From Cirrosporium novae-zelandiae (Eukaryota): DNA of 64,000 bases. The DNA is taken from assembly GCA_026023565.1 (NCBI GenBank), contig JAPETS010000004.1, positions 806,001-870,000 of the forward strand, in the 5' to 3' direction. The notes under the pieces were generated by a model. That model saw only the letters and a list, made by a program, of their open reading frames with translations, was not told where the DNA came from and made no database searches. Of the stretch, positions 24,935 to 36,082 are shown one piece after another. The position numbers and the translations under genes were made by a program. The stretch's first letter is position 1, and each line of letters opens with the position of its first letter.

Positions 24935-27802
24935 ATGACCTCGTTCAACAAGACGCCCATTACGGGCGGCTCTCGACGGCAAGATGTACTCGCACCTCTG
25001 CGGATGGCAGAGATTGTAATACAGAAGCCGAAGCTGCCTGCTGGTATGTGCATATATTAGGGCAATCGACCAAAAGATGCTAACTTCCAGCAGAAATAAT
25101 GTCTTTAATTATCGACCGGCTTGCAATACCGGATCTGATGCGCGCGGCTCGTGTCTCAAAGCAGATGCATGAGATGGTATATGAAGACCCGAGATGGATT
25201 AGAATGCTACAAAAAATGGGATGTTGGAACGAGGCAGAAGCTAGGCGAAGGGCAGGTGCTGGAAGAGAAAAGGCTCTGGAAGTGCAACATATCAACGGGG
25301 AACCATTCGTTGGCCAGACTGACCACAGCTATGGTGGAACACCTAAACCTCCTCGGCCCGTTACAACTATATTCGAATCTGGCTGGAAAGAAGAAGAACG
25401 AGAGATGCAAACCGCCGATCTCAAGAAGCCCCGCCCGCACAGTCTGAATGATGGTTTTACAGCTGTGAACGTGTCCAGCAATCTTATGTCGCAAGAGAAA
25501 AGTGTACTAGCTTCATCTCTCCATGTTTTGAAATCCGTTCAGTCAATAAGAGGATGTGCTAGGCAACAATACGGCAAAATCTACAAAACATTGGCCCCCT
25601 TTTACTTTGATATTGTGCACAGCTCCAGTGAGCCCTTGATATTCGGGTTGTATAAAGATCCTCATGATCAGGCTCAGATGCTGGCTCAATTGTTGAGCTT
25701 TTGCAAGAGTGATTATTCCGAGGGCTGGAAACAGCGAGAAGATCGTCTGAATATCGTTGTAACGGCTTTCCAAAAGGCTGCCTTGAAGGAATTAGATCAC
25801 GCACACAAGGCTGCAGATTATGATGGGCTCGTGCGAAAATATACCAATGTGCTTGTCACTCTTAATGGTGGGAGAGCGGCGATTGACTTCTTTCTAAAGG
25901 AATCCCCGTTGTTCATTGAGCAATACAAGCTAGGTAACCCGAGGGATTGTATCAATGAAGCATCTCCAGGAAACCCCTCTCTGGAAAATTCACTAACTTT
26001 TTTCAAACGGGTGGCCGGACTTTTCAATGAACAAGTCACTATAATTGAGAGGGTCTTTCCACCATCGATCGAGATCATGAAACCCGTTCTTGAACGATTG
26101 AGTAGCGAGGTTTTGTCGAAATATATCCATCCCCTTTTTAATGGAGCACACAGTTCAAACATGGAAACTTATCTTAAGATTGTTTCTGGAGTCTACGAAC
26201 AAAGCCTCATGTTTGAGAAATCATTACAACATGGGCCAATGCCTGCAGATGAGTTTCACACATTTGTGAGCAACTTAATAAATAAAATCTTTAGCTCGCA
26301 TATAGATCTCTACCTGCGAGAGGAGATTGATTTTTTCCAGAAGAAATCTGATGCAGAAATTGATAAGTGGGATAAACAGCTTTCAGAACGAGTTGCTTCC
26401 ACAGAATCGTTTTTCATGTCGAATGTTAATCGCCAGGCGGATAAACGGGACTTCCTTTCATCTTTCAAGAAGGTTGTGATGATGCCTATATCTGTCTTAC
26501 CTTCATTCACAGTAGCAAAACCCAATAACAGAAAAACACTAGCGAATGGCGAGGCTTTAATGAAAACTCGTTCTTATACGTCCTTACCACCATCAAGGTC
26601 GTCTACACCAATCTCCGTCACAAATGCTCCAGTCTCTCTGAGTCACCGTGCTTCCACCCCGGTAATCATGGAAGCGCCTACAACGGAACTCGCGGCCAAG
26701 GCGGCAATAATGAACGCTAGACTCGAAGGTATAAGCTCTCTTTTTAGTATCGAAATCGCTTTAAACCTTGTCCATACAGCGAAGGCTAGTCTCGAGAGAA
26801 TTGCTCCGTTTGTCAAGATGGGCGGGGAAGTAGAGAAAGACGCCCAACAACAATGTGGGACTATATTCAGTTTGTTGCTCGAGATTCTAGGGACTCGGCA
26901 CATCAAGGTGGGTTTTGATAAAGCGGTAGATCATCTTACGAATTATAACCCAAGGGCTGTCAGCCAGGATGGCCGGCCCAGTGTTGCCCCATTGACGACA
27001 TTTCTCGAACTAGTCAACGTCGGCGATCTTATTCAACAGATGATTGACGTGTTCTTCGAGCAGGAACTTGTTGCCCCGAACCTAGTTGACAGAAATGACT
27101 TCCTTGATCCATCGGTTAGGGAGAAAAAGCGATTTGAGCAAATGCTTGATGAAAGGGTTGCTGCTGGATTGAATAAGGGTATCGATGTTCTGATGACTGA
27201 GGTTGAATATGTTTGTGCCACTACGCAAGCTAGCACAGACTTCAATCCCGGGGCAACTGCAGAAATCACGATAGAAAGCGTCGACATAGGACCAACCATA
27301 ACAGCTAAGAGGATCGTGGAGCTTGTATCTTCGCATACTAAGATGCTTGTGGGGAGTACTGATAAGCAAATGCTTGACGTCTTTAACCAAGAGGTGGGTT
27401 TGCGGTTGTTCACGGCTCTATGCAAGCACTTGAAAAGGCAGCGCATTAGTGTTGAAGGGTCAATCAAACTTATCAGGTATTCACACCAATTTCATGTTCC
27501 TTTTTCAAAAGTAATACTAATGACCGCCCAGTGATATGAACCACTATTTTCAATTTATCCAAACCCTCAAGAACCAAGATCTCCTCCAATACTTCAAAGC
27601 TCTCCGTGAACTTTCCCAGATATATCTCATTGATCCATCAGATGCCAAAGAAATGGCTACCATAATTGCCGACCAAGACCGCTTCGAAGGTATCTTCCGT
27701 ACAGAAGAGGTTTACGAATTCGCTGAAAGGAGAGCCGACTGGTATCAAGTTGGCAAGGCCGTGGAGAAATATATGTATGGTATGGAATGCATTATGATGT
27801 AA
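24935..27802 (+). CDS. RCY1: Recyclin-1: F-box plus Sec10-like endosomal recycling protein with C-terminal CAAX
   Basis: F-box LPA(A)EIMSLIIDRLAIPDLMRAARVSK across intron 1. DKRDFLSSFKKV, FLELVNVGDLIQQMIDVFF and KKRFEQMLDERVAAGLNKGI. Ends in CIMM (CAAX). Confidence 0.9.
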
Positions 27803-28861
27803 CCACACCTCCGGGCTTGATGAGAAATGGAGATTACTAAAGGAGAGCGCCCATGATTATAAGTTCAACCAGAGTCTGCGGTCGGTACAGCTTGGAGATG
27901 GACAGTATTGTTGCAAATATTTATGAACTGGACAAACCCTTACATAGATCTAGCGCATTGTATATGAATAGACGGGGAATCATACAGGTCGCCTCAAGAA
28001 AGCAGCATGAAACTTAACTGTGTAAACTGAAATTTCAATCTTTCAAGTCCAGGTGATCTATTAACAAGATAACCTGAACCTATTACAAACATGACAAACC
28101 ATTACCTATCTGTGCTATCTTATTAAAATGAAGCGGTAGCAGGCTTCGGGACATTTTTGTATCAATGTATAGGATTGGCCATAAGATTCTTATAAATAAG
28201 GTCAGTTAGGTTTGGAGGAGTCAACGGATGGCTGAATTTGGCTTACGCCAAGTCAATGCTCTCCCGATCTTGGCCAATTGTTTATATAAGAAAATGTAGT
28301 AATCTAGTCACGTGATGTTCACTACTTAGCCAGCTTTCCACATGCAAAATCTATAAGTTATCGCATCTATCTGCTCCAATATCAAGCTGATGGTGGAGTA
28401 TTCCACACGAGATTAGGACGGGAGATAGAGTGGAGACGAACAAGTGGAAATGTGCGGGGGTTTATTAGTCTGCTTCCTTCGAACTTCCGGACCTGTATAA
28501 ATTGAGGCTTTTCCTAAAGAGAAAATGGCTGTCCCTGTCTGAGGATAAAGGATGGCTTTGCAAACTTTCAAATCAATTTACCAAATCTTTCTGTCAAAAT
28601 GTCAAAATGTCAATTGACTGACCGTTTCGCCGCAATGACCTTATGTTGTCCTGACGGTAAACTAGCCGTTTGTAGTATCGTGCTTAATGTTTTTCTATCG
28701 TCTTTATTAATCATGTTGGCGTCTCCTTTCGATGGACTGTAACCTGCGCTTTATCACCATATTCTGTTTTGGTACTGCACTCGTTCCTCTCAAGTCTCTT
28801 TCCCCGATTTGAATTTTCCTACTGCTGTTAATGGGCATTCACCAGTTGAAAAAAATCTACC

Positions 28862-30675
28862 ATGGACGAAGAGAAGGCCAATGACTCTGAAAATCAGACG
28901 TCTCGGTCGCCGAGGTTTTCCGAGCCTGAAGAGACCATTGTTAGTGGTAGCGATATTGAGGATGCTTCAACCCCTGATCTTAGTATGGAACATCGCGATT
29001 ATTTAATGAAGAGGCATGGAACTTTGGATCTTGACCCTATGCCTTCAGCGGATCCAGCAGATCCTTATAATTGGCCAGCATGGAAGGTATTTGCACTGCC
29101 CCCCTTAGGTTGACGCAGTAGCTAACAGGTAACCCAAGAAAAATATTAACCTCCTTCTCGTGGCCTTCCATGGCATGATCGCAACCTTCATCGCTTCCGG
29201 AATTATACCTGCATACGAAGATATAGCCACAGCTTTTGGGGGATCCCTTACTAAAGCTTCATACCTTACATCTGCTCAAATTATGATGCTGGGAGTCGCA
29301 CCCCTACTATGGAAGCCAATCTCAAATCGGTTTGGACGAAGACCGATTTGGTTAATAAGCACGTTTTGCAGTGCAATCTGCAACATTGGGTGTGCTAAAT
29401 GTCCTGGCTATGGCTCGATGATGATCACAAGGTTACTTGTGGCTTTCTTCATCTCACCCCCTTTAGCAATTGGCACTGGTGTGGTGGCTGAAATGTTTTT
29501 TAAGAAAGAACGAGGGCAAAAGATGGGAATCTGGGCGTATGTTACTTTAAAATCCAAGGTGGGGAAGCGTGCTGACATGCCTGTAGACTCATGGTCTCGT
29601 TGGGTCCTCCAATAGGACCCTTCTTCATGGGATTTGTAGCTTATCATGCCACTTGGCGATGGATCTTTTGGGTTTTTGCCATAGTACGCTCACATCAGGT
29701 CCCCTTCCACAAGTCTGTACAAATTCTTCAACTAACGCTGTCAAGACTAACGGTATACAATTTGCCGCCTACTTTTTCTTTAGTCCGGAAACGCTATATA
29801 TCCGCTCTCATAAGTGCGAGATATCACCAGAACGGTCTGCTTTCAGTCGAAAGTATCTGAACTTTGGCCGTATCGATTATACTCCACTACGAGGGAGGGA
29901 TTTTTATGGACCTGTCTTCCTTAGTAGATATCTATCCGCCCTTATTCCTGCAATAAGTTACGCGATTGTTTTCGGATTTACATGTGTTATGCTCACAGTC
30001 GAGATACCACAACTATACACTCCAAAGTTTGGGTTCAATGCGCAGCAGATAGGTCTACAATTCATAGCCATGATCATTGGAACTATCATCGGAGAGCAGT
30101 TTTCTGGTCCTCTGAGTGACTTCTTGATGAATCGACAAGCCAAAAAACTAGGATACCGCCCAGCACCTGAATACCGACTCTGGGCAAGCTACCTGGGATT
30201 TCTGTCGGTTATTGTAGGACTGATAGTTTTTGGAGTCAAACTGGATCAGCTTCCTCTTATGGAATATAATGTCTCACCTACCATTGGAATTGGAATCTGC
30301 GCGTTTGGAAATCAGATTGTTACAACGGTCCTTATTACCTATGTGGTTGACTGCCACCAAGATTCTGCTGCCAGCGTAGGAGTATTTATAAGCCTTATAA
30401 GGCAGACTTGGGGATTCGTTCGTCTTTCCCTCCTATTCCTCTAATTCTTACATTCTAATAAAACGCAGATAGGACCCTTTTGGTTTCCGGACATGTTTGA
30501 TACTCTGGTGTGTTATTTTCCGACAATGCTTTAGGAGTTATAGTGCTAATAATTTATTTAGGGAGTTGCACCTAGCGCAGGTCTCTGCTGCGGTATCATA
30601 GCCGTTGTTTCAATCTTACCGATCGCTTTCCTCCAATTGAACGGGGTTACACTACGGAAGAAGTATTCGATATGA
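28862..30675 (+). CDS. MFS transporter (drug:H+ antiporter DHA1-like), 6 exons
   Basis: DPADPYNWPAWKK, PISNRFGRRPIWL (MFS motif A), EMFFKKERGQKMGIW, GPPIGPFFMG, PETLY and PEYRL, with many hydrophobic segments. Confidence 0.88.
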
Positions 30676-31003
30676 ATATTATAGAGGATTTTCAACCCAT
30701 ATAGAGTTGGTTATTACGACCATAATTCCCCAGGGATATAAAATTGTTATGCACGATAGATTAATGGCTATGATAACGATTCACTAGATATATCTTCAAT
30801 ACCTTTATGATCTAGAAATGCAATTTTCAATTCTATTATGCACTACCTACATTCTAAGTATTGTTGGACCTAGAGGTGTTGTTGGTTTTAGAAGCCGATA
30901 GCATTGCTTGATTTACATGCTCAATCTTTAGCGTTCCAGTCCAATGCCATAAAAATAAAGGTCTGCGACTCCAAACCATAGGAGGTGAAAAAAAAAAATC
31001 TTA

Positions 31004-31085
31004 CTCCCTGTCAGGGAATCGAACCCTGGTCTCCCGCGCTTGTGCTTATGACAAGCGGAAATCATAGCCACTAGACCAACAAGGA
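31004..31085 (-). tRNA. tRNA-Asp(GTC) with a 10-nt intron
   Basis: Reverse complement reads TCCTTGTTGGTCTAGTGGCTATGATTTCCGCTT-GTC-A[taagcacaag]CGCGGGAGACCAGGGTTCGATTCCCTGACAGGGAG. Acceptor, D, anticodon and T arms fold, the intron lies after position 37, and an oligo-T Pol III terminator follows. Confidence 0.93.
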
Positions 31086-31737
31086 TTAGCTGTTGAAATG
31101 TCATCTTAGGAAATACTCTCATAGAGCCAATTCACAATTTCCAAACCAGTTCTTCATAGAGCAACAGTACTTTATATGAACATGATAATCTGAATTATAT
31201 GAGATAATGTGTTGTCTAGAGTATATGGTCTTAATGGTTGGAGTACAATCAAGGGTTTTTAGGAACAAGCTCCTCGGCGAGTACAGGAATGGCTCCCACC
31301 GGAACCACTATGGTAACAAACCGATATTCACAGTTCTAAATGTAAGTCGAGTCCAACTAGCATTATTTATAACCTCGAGGTAGGTTTTATATTTTTGGAC
31401 GAGGTTCATGGAGCATCTCGAGATATTTTGTCACGATTAGTGAAACATCGGATTACCTCCCCACATTTAGTTCGCCAATGACGTCGAGGTTACATACTCC
31501 TAATTCTAACTACAGACAATGGACTCAAAAAACAGCCCTGTCATGGAAGAGAGGGGAAAACATATCCCAGTTCAAATTGAGGTCCACTTGAATGACAACA
31601 ATTAATAAGGTAGCTCTCCTCACACCAAGGCGGATTGGATATAGAGCTGCGTTCTCTGCTCTCCTATCAGTAGCAAAGCTACCTTTAGGTCAACTATCAG
31701 AAGAGTATTGCCTCTATCGATCATTTGCCTTACCACA

Positions 31738-32541
31738 ATGTCGACTTCACCCCCCCCAAAGAAAGCCCGCACTACACTTACCTACTCCCTCCTCTACCAC
31801 TCCGGCATACCCGGCCGCGGCGAGTACATTCGTCTCCTTTTTGAAGCCACCAACACTCCATATACGGACGTCGCTAATACAGTTGATGATGGCTATTTAC
31901 AAGTCCATGCTGCTTTGGAGAAGCCCCCATCCCCTAACTCTCCGATCTTCGCGCCACCTGCTCTTAGTGTCCCTGGTGCTGGTAGAGATGGAAGTACACT
32001 CTTGATCAGCCAGACACCAAATATACTAGGGTATCTGGGACCGGAGCTTGGACTTACACCTGAAGATAAAGCAGGCCAATTATGGGTTCAAGAGATTGCG
32101 CTCACAGCTCTGGACCTCTCGAATGAAGCCCATGACAGTCATCATCCAATTGCCGTCAGTCTCTACTATGAGGATCAAAAACGCGAGGCCCGTCGTCGAG
32201 CGAAAGATTTTCGGGAAAATCGGATACCCAAATTCCTCTCGTATTTCGAAGCAGTCCTCAAGAATAACCAGAAAGAAGGAAAAGGACATTATTTAGTTGA
32301 CTCTAAGCTTACATATGCTGATACGACAGTCTGGCAGGTGCTTGATGGAATACACTTTGCTTTCCCTAATGAAATGGCCTATTTGAAAAAGTCAGGCAAA
32401 TATTCTATATTATTGGGAACATTCTATAGGGACTTTAAGGAGGAAAATGGGATTAAAGAGTATTTAACGAGTAATAGGCGACTAGAGTTCGGTATGGGTC
32501 TATATAGGTGTTATCCCGAGTTAGATCGCAAAAGTGGTTGA
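31738..32541 (+). CDS. Glutathione S-transferase (intronless)
   Basis: YSLLYHSGIPGRGEYIRLLFE, FAPPAL, ISQTPNILGYLG and YLVDSKLTYAD (N-capping box), matching GST N and C domains. Confidence 0.85.
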   Translation: MSTSPPPKKARTTLTYSLLYHSGIPGRGEYIRLLFEATNTPYTDVANTVDDGYLQVHAALEKPPSPNSPIFAPPALSVPGAGRDGSTLLISQTPNILGYLGPELGLTPEDKAGQLWVQEIALTALDLSNEAHDSHHPIAVSLYYEDQKREARRRAKDFRENRIPKFLSYFEAVLKNNQKEGKGHYLVDSKLTYADTTVWQVLDGIHFAFPNEMAYLKKSGKYSILLGTFYRDFKEENGIKEYLTSNRRLEFGMGLYRCYPELDRKSG

Positions 32542-32970
32542 AGAGGAAGGTATTGATAAGAGCCTCCTTTCATAGACGGAAATCTGAAGCGCCTGCTTGA
32601 AACTCCTGCTCCCATTACAACTTAAATGGCTCAATATAAGCAAGCTATTACTTTTGAAAGATATAGACCTTTGGGGAAGGTATTGTGCCATTAAGAGATT
32701 TAGTGGTATTTTGCTTCTGTAGATTTGCACAAAAATATCTCGGCATCTCGGCCCATTATCTATCTGCAAGAAAGCTACCAAACACCGACGTTTCCCCGAC
32801 GCAACTTCAATCCGTCATCATCCCCAGAAATTCCGTCCCACCCACCACTGTTGCTCACCGAAGCTGAACAATTACCACCTTCCGCAGTACTATTTTACAT
32901 TTTCCGGTTTCAAAAGCCAATTCAATCCTCCGCATAGATCTAGGATCAATTTTCCACTCCAATCTTCGTC

Positions 32971-33725
32971 ATGGCCGCCGCAATAAAAGCAATCAATGCT
33001 AAAATCCGGAGCAATAAGGCTCTGGACTATTTCTGCTCAACCCGTATGTTGATATTTGCTTATATTCCTAATCAGGGGCGATGATGAGGGAGGCGGAGTA
33101 TTACTTGAAGTGGACTAAGGAGGAATTATCTTGGGGACGAAACGTACAATGCTGATATTTCTTTTTTGCAGATTTCTGGGGCCCAGCGTCCAACTTCGGA
33201 ATTCCAATCGCTGCAGTGATGGATACGCAGAAGGACCCGGAAATGTAGGCTGACAGACTCGTCTCTTTTTCTACATTATAGATATATTCTGACCTTGTGG
33301 ATTATAATCTAGTATTTCCGGAAATATGACCGCAGCCCTTACACTCTACAGCGGCATCTTCATGCGCTACTCCTTCGCTATTACACCTCAGAACTACCTT
33401 CTATTCGGATGCCACTTAATCAATTTTTCCGCTCAGATTACACAGGGATATCGCTATGTGGATTATTGGTAGTATGTACACACTTCTTTTCCGGTTTAGT
33501 AGAACGACATTTTTGGGCTCGATCAAGTTACAAGATAGGGACTCTGGGCTTTGATGCTCATGATCACTAGCATAAAGTGGTTGAAAAAATAGCGCTAACG
33601 ATATATATCATAGCTATGGCGGACGTCAAAAGGCCCTCGAAGCGAAGGCCAAGGACCAGGCTACTGGAGTGAAGGGAACAATTGCAGAGACGGCAAATGC
33701 GATCAAGAACAAATTTTCCAAATAA
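32971..33725 (+). CDS. MPC1: Mitochondrial pyruvate carrier 1 (4 exons; absent from the ORF track)
   Basis: Spliced product MAAAIKAINAKIRSNKALDYFCSTHFWGPASNFGIPIAAVMDTQKDPEIISGNMTAALTLYSGIFMRYSFAITPQNYLLFGCHLINFSAQITQGYRYVDYWYYGGRQK... Confidence 0.92.
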
Positions 33726-34223
33726 AACCGAGAAAATATTGTAGAAATCGCATGCGCCAATGCTAATGCTATGCTTCTTAACTCCCCAGAAGTATTAAAA
33801 TGAAGAAGACGGTTCAAATAGAAAGGGGAGCTGTTTGTGTATGATAACTCTGAGATGGGCCGTACTGGGGTTGAGACGGCGATTGAGAAAGACGAGATGA
33901 ATAAAATATTGCATGCCTTTGCCTTCTCTTTCGGGTTTATCAAGATGGGTATGGACTTATGGACCAATAAATGGGTGATGTAGGTCTCTCTTTATTTAAC
34001 GAGGTGGTATTAATGCTTTAGCAATTGACATTCTGATATCTATAACTTCCTACATCAGCATCCTTCTCAAGCTTGTACTAGTTCTCATTAGAATTTGCCA
34101 TCGACCCCGGTATGCATGAACAATTCCATTAGTGCTTGATATTTGGTACAAAGCCCTAACTACCTATGTAGTTAGAACTATTTACTGTTTATAATGAACC
34201 TCATAGATATCCGCAACTGTGTA

Positions 34224-35393
34224 TCATTTATCAACCAGTAATGTGCGCCTTACAGTATTCTGCATCCCCTTATCAAATCCAATCTCCTCTAAATATCCCT
34301 TCACCCCACCCCACTTCTCGATCTCTCCACATATTCCCCGTACATAATTCTTATCGCATCCCACGAAATCCTCCCCTAGCCCCATGTTCCCCATCTCCTT
34401 CCTCCTCTCCTCCTTCTGAACCTCTAATGCTGCTTCAGTCATCATATACTCAGCCTGGATAATGTCCTCTGAGATATCGAGGAGTAAGAGAATTAGAGCA
34501 ATCATAGCACCAGTCCGGTCTTTTCCATGGGTGCAATGAATTATAAGGGGGTAGGCAGAAGGAGATGAGATAATAGTGAAGAGGGAGAGGAGTTGTGGTT
34601 GTGCATGACGGAGTGAAAATACAGCGAGACCCGTGAGACCGAGAGGTCGGAGAACGTTGATGGAGATGAGATTGATGGCGCGCATGCGGGAACCTAGGAG
34701 GAGATAATAGAATAAGAGACTGGAATACGTAAAGGCGTTAGTGGATTCGAGCATTTTCTTTAACTATTGATCCCCTGAAGAGCGTTAAAGGTAGCAGGCA
34801 TACAATATATTCGACCAACTGAGCTGCCATACAAGTGCTCGCTCAAGCGCACCAGCATTGAAATCAATGTAGTGATATGCAATAGGTGAGATTTCAAAGT
34901 GCAAGGAAATTGCGGGCACTGATGCTGGGATAGTAGAGGAAGGATGAATCTGCTTGATGCGCGCGAGATGCTCGGTTCTATGAAGTAGATATTAGGAGTG
35001 ATACTGTCAGTTGCATGGGATGATTTTACTTGGAGCGTAAGTCGATGATTGTATGGATACCGTAGGTAGTAATAAGAGCGTCACGGTCAGATGGGGAAGC
35101 GGCATCTGGCTGCGCAAGGGACTTAGAGAAGAAATATATAATGTGATTAACTCATACTTTTGCACTCCGAAAAAGAAGACCCTCCTTCATAATTCTAGAG
35201 ATGGGTTAATCAAATTGGTAGTAATTATATCGTGAGATTGATGGTTTACACACTTGGTTCCACTTAATTCATTGACTGTCCTCCCCACGTCACGGAAGTT
35301 GAGAATGTTTTCGAAAGCGATTTCTCTTATCTTGACCTTGGTAGTCTCACCTTGAAGGAAGTCTTTTTGGGGGGGCGCCTTGGTGGAATCCAT
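34224..35393 (-). CDS. Tyrosine/dual-specificity phosphatase family protein (Y_phosphatase3-like), 5 exons
   Basis: ILNFRDVG, LLFRSAKPD, TIIDLRS and catalytic loop IIHCTHGKDRTG (CX5R). Confidence 0.85.
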
Positions 35394-36082
35394 GCTAGAA
35401 AGTAGGGCTAAAAGAAAATAAAGACTTAAAAGAGGTTGTCATTTATTACAATTGTCTCCTAAATATAGTTACTTGGCTTTCTTTCTCAGACGCTGAGACT
35501 TAGCCTTTAAGACCGATATTTTGCCTGACTCTGGTTAGGACGAAGTTGATTTTAGGCTAGATGTTGTGGCTATCCATCATATACTTAGGTACTTTGGACA
35601 TAAGCACAACAAAAAGTTAATATTCCTTGTGCAGATCATTCACAAGGCTTTCTCAGCTTCTATCCAACAGTGATTTTCAAAAAATACAAAAAAGGATATT
35701 ATTTGTATGTGAAAAGGAAAACCATCATAAATATCTTTTTTTCACTAGATCTCATTATACTTTAATTATGTCTAAGTTACTTATCTGGATATAAAATACA
35801 TTTGGCATCAAGGATCTTGTTATCGCTCTTGTCGGATACACAGTAAAGCACAGGCCAATACCGTAGGTACGCCCACGACGTCATCAGATGTCTCCGTCGT
35901 CATGACAGGCAGACAAACCACCTGCTTGACTGCCGTACTGCCCTGCTACCTTCAACCCCCGCTTTATTATATTCCGTCTTTACGCTCAATATGCCATCCT
36001 CTCTATTGTTTTTTTACCCTTTCTCTATGATCCCTCTTCCTTACCCTTTCTTGCTATTTTTTGTATAGCCAACTCTAACGCA

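Noticed and set aside
30714..30730. TACGACCATA resembling the 5' end of fungal 5S rRNA
   Set aside because: Similarity stops after about 10 nt and no downstream 5S boxes are present.
33081..33156. ATGATGA...CTGA in MPC1 intron 1 resembling a box C/D snoRNA
   Set aside because: The CTGA coincides with the likely branch point, there is no terminal stem, and I could not identify an rRNA-complementary guide.
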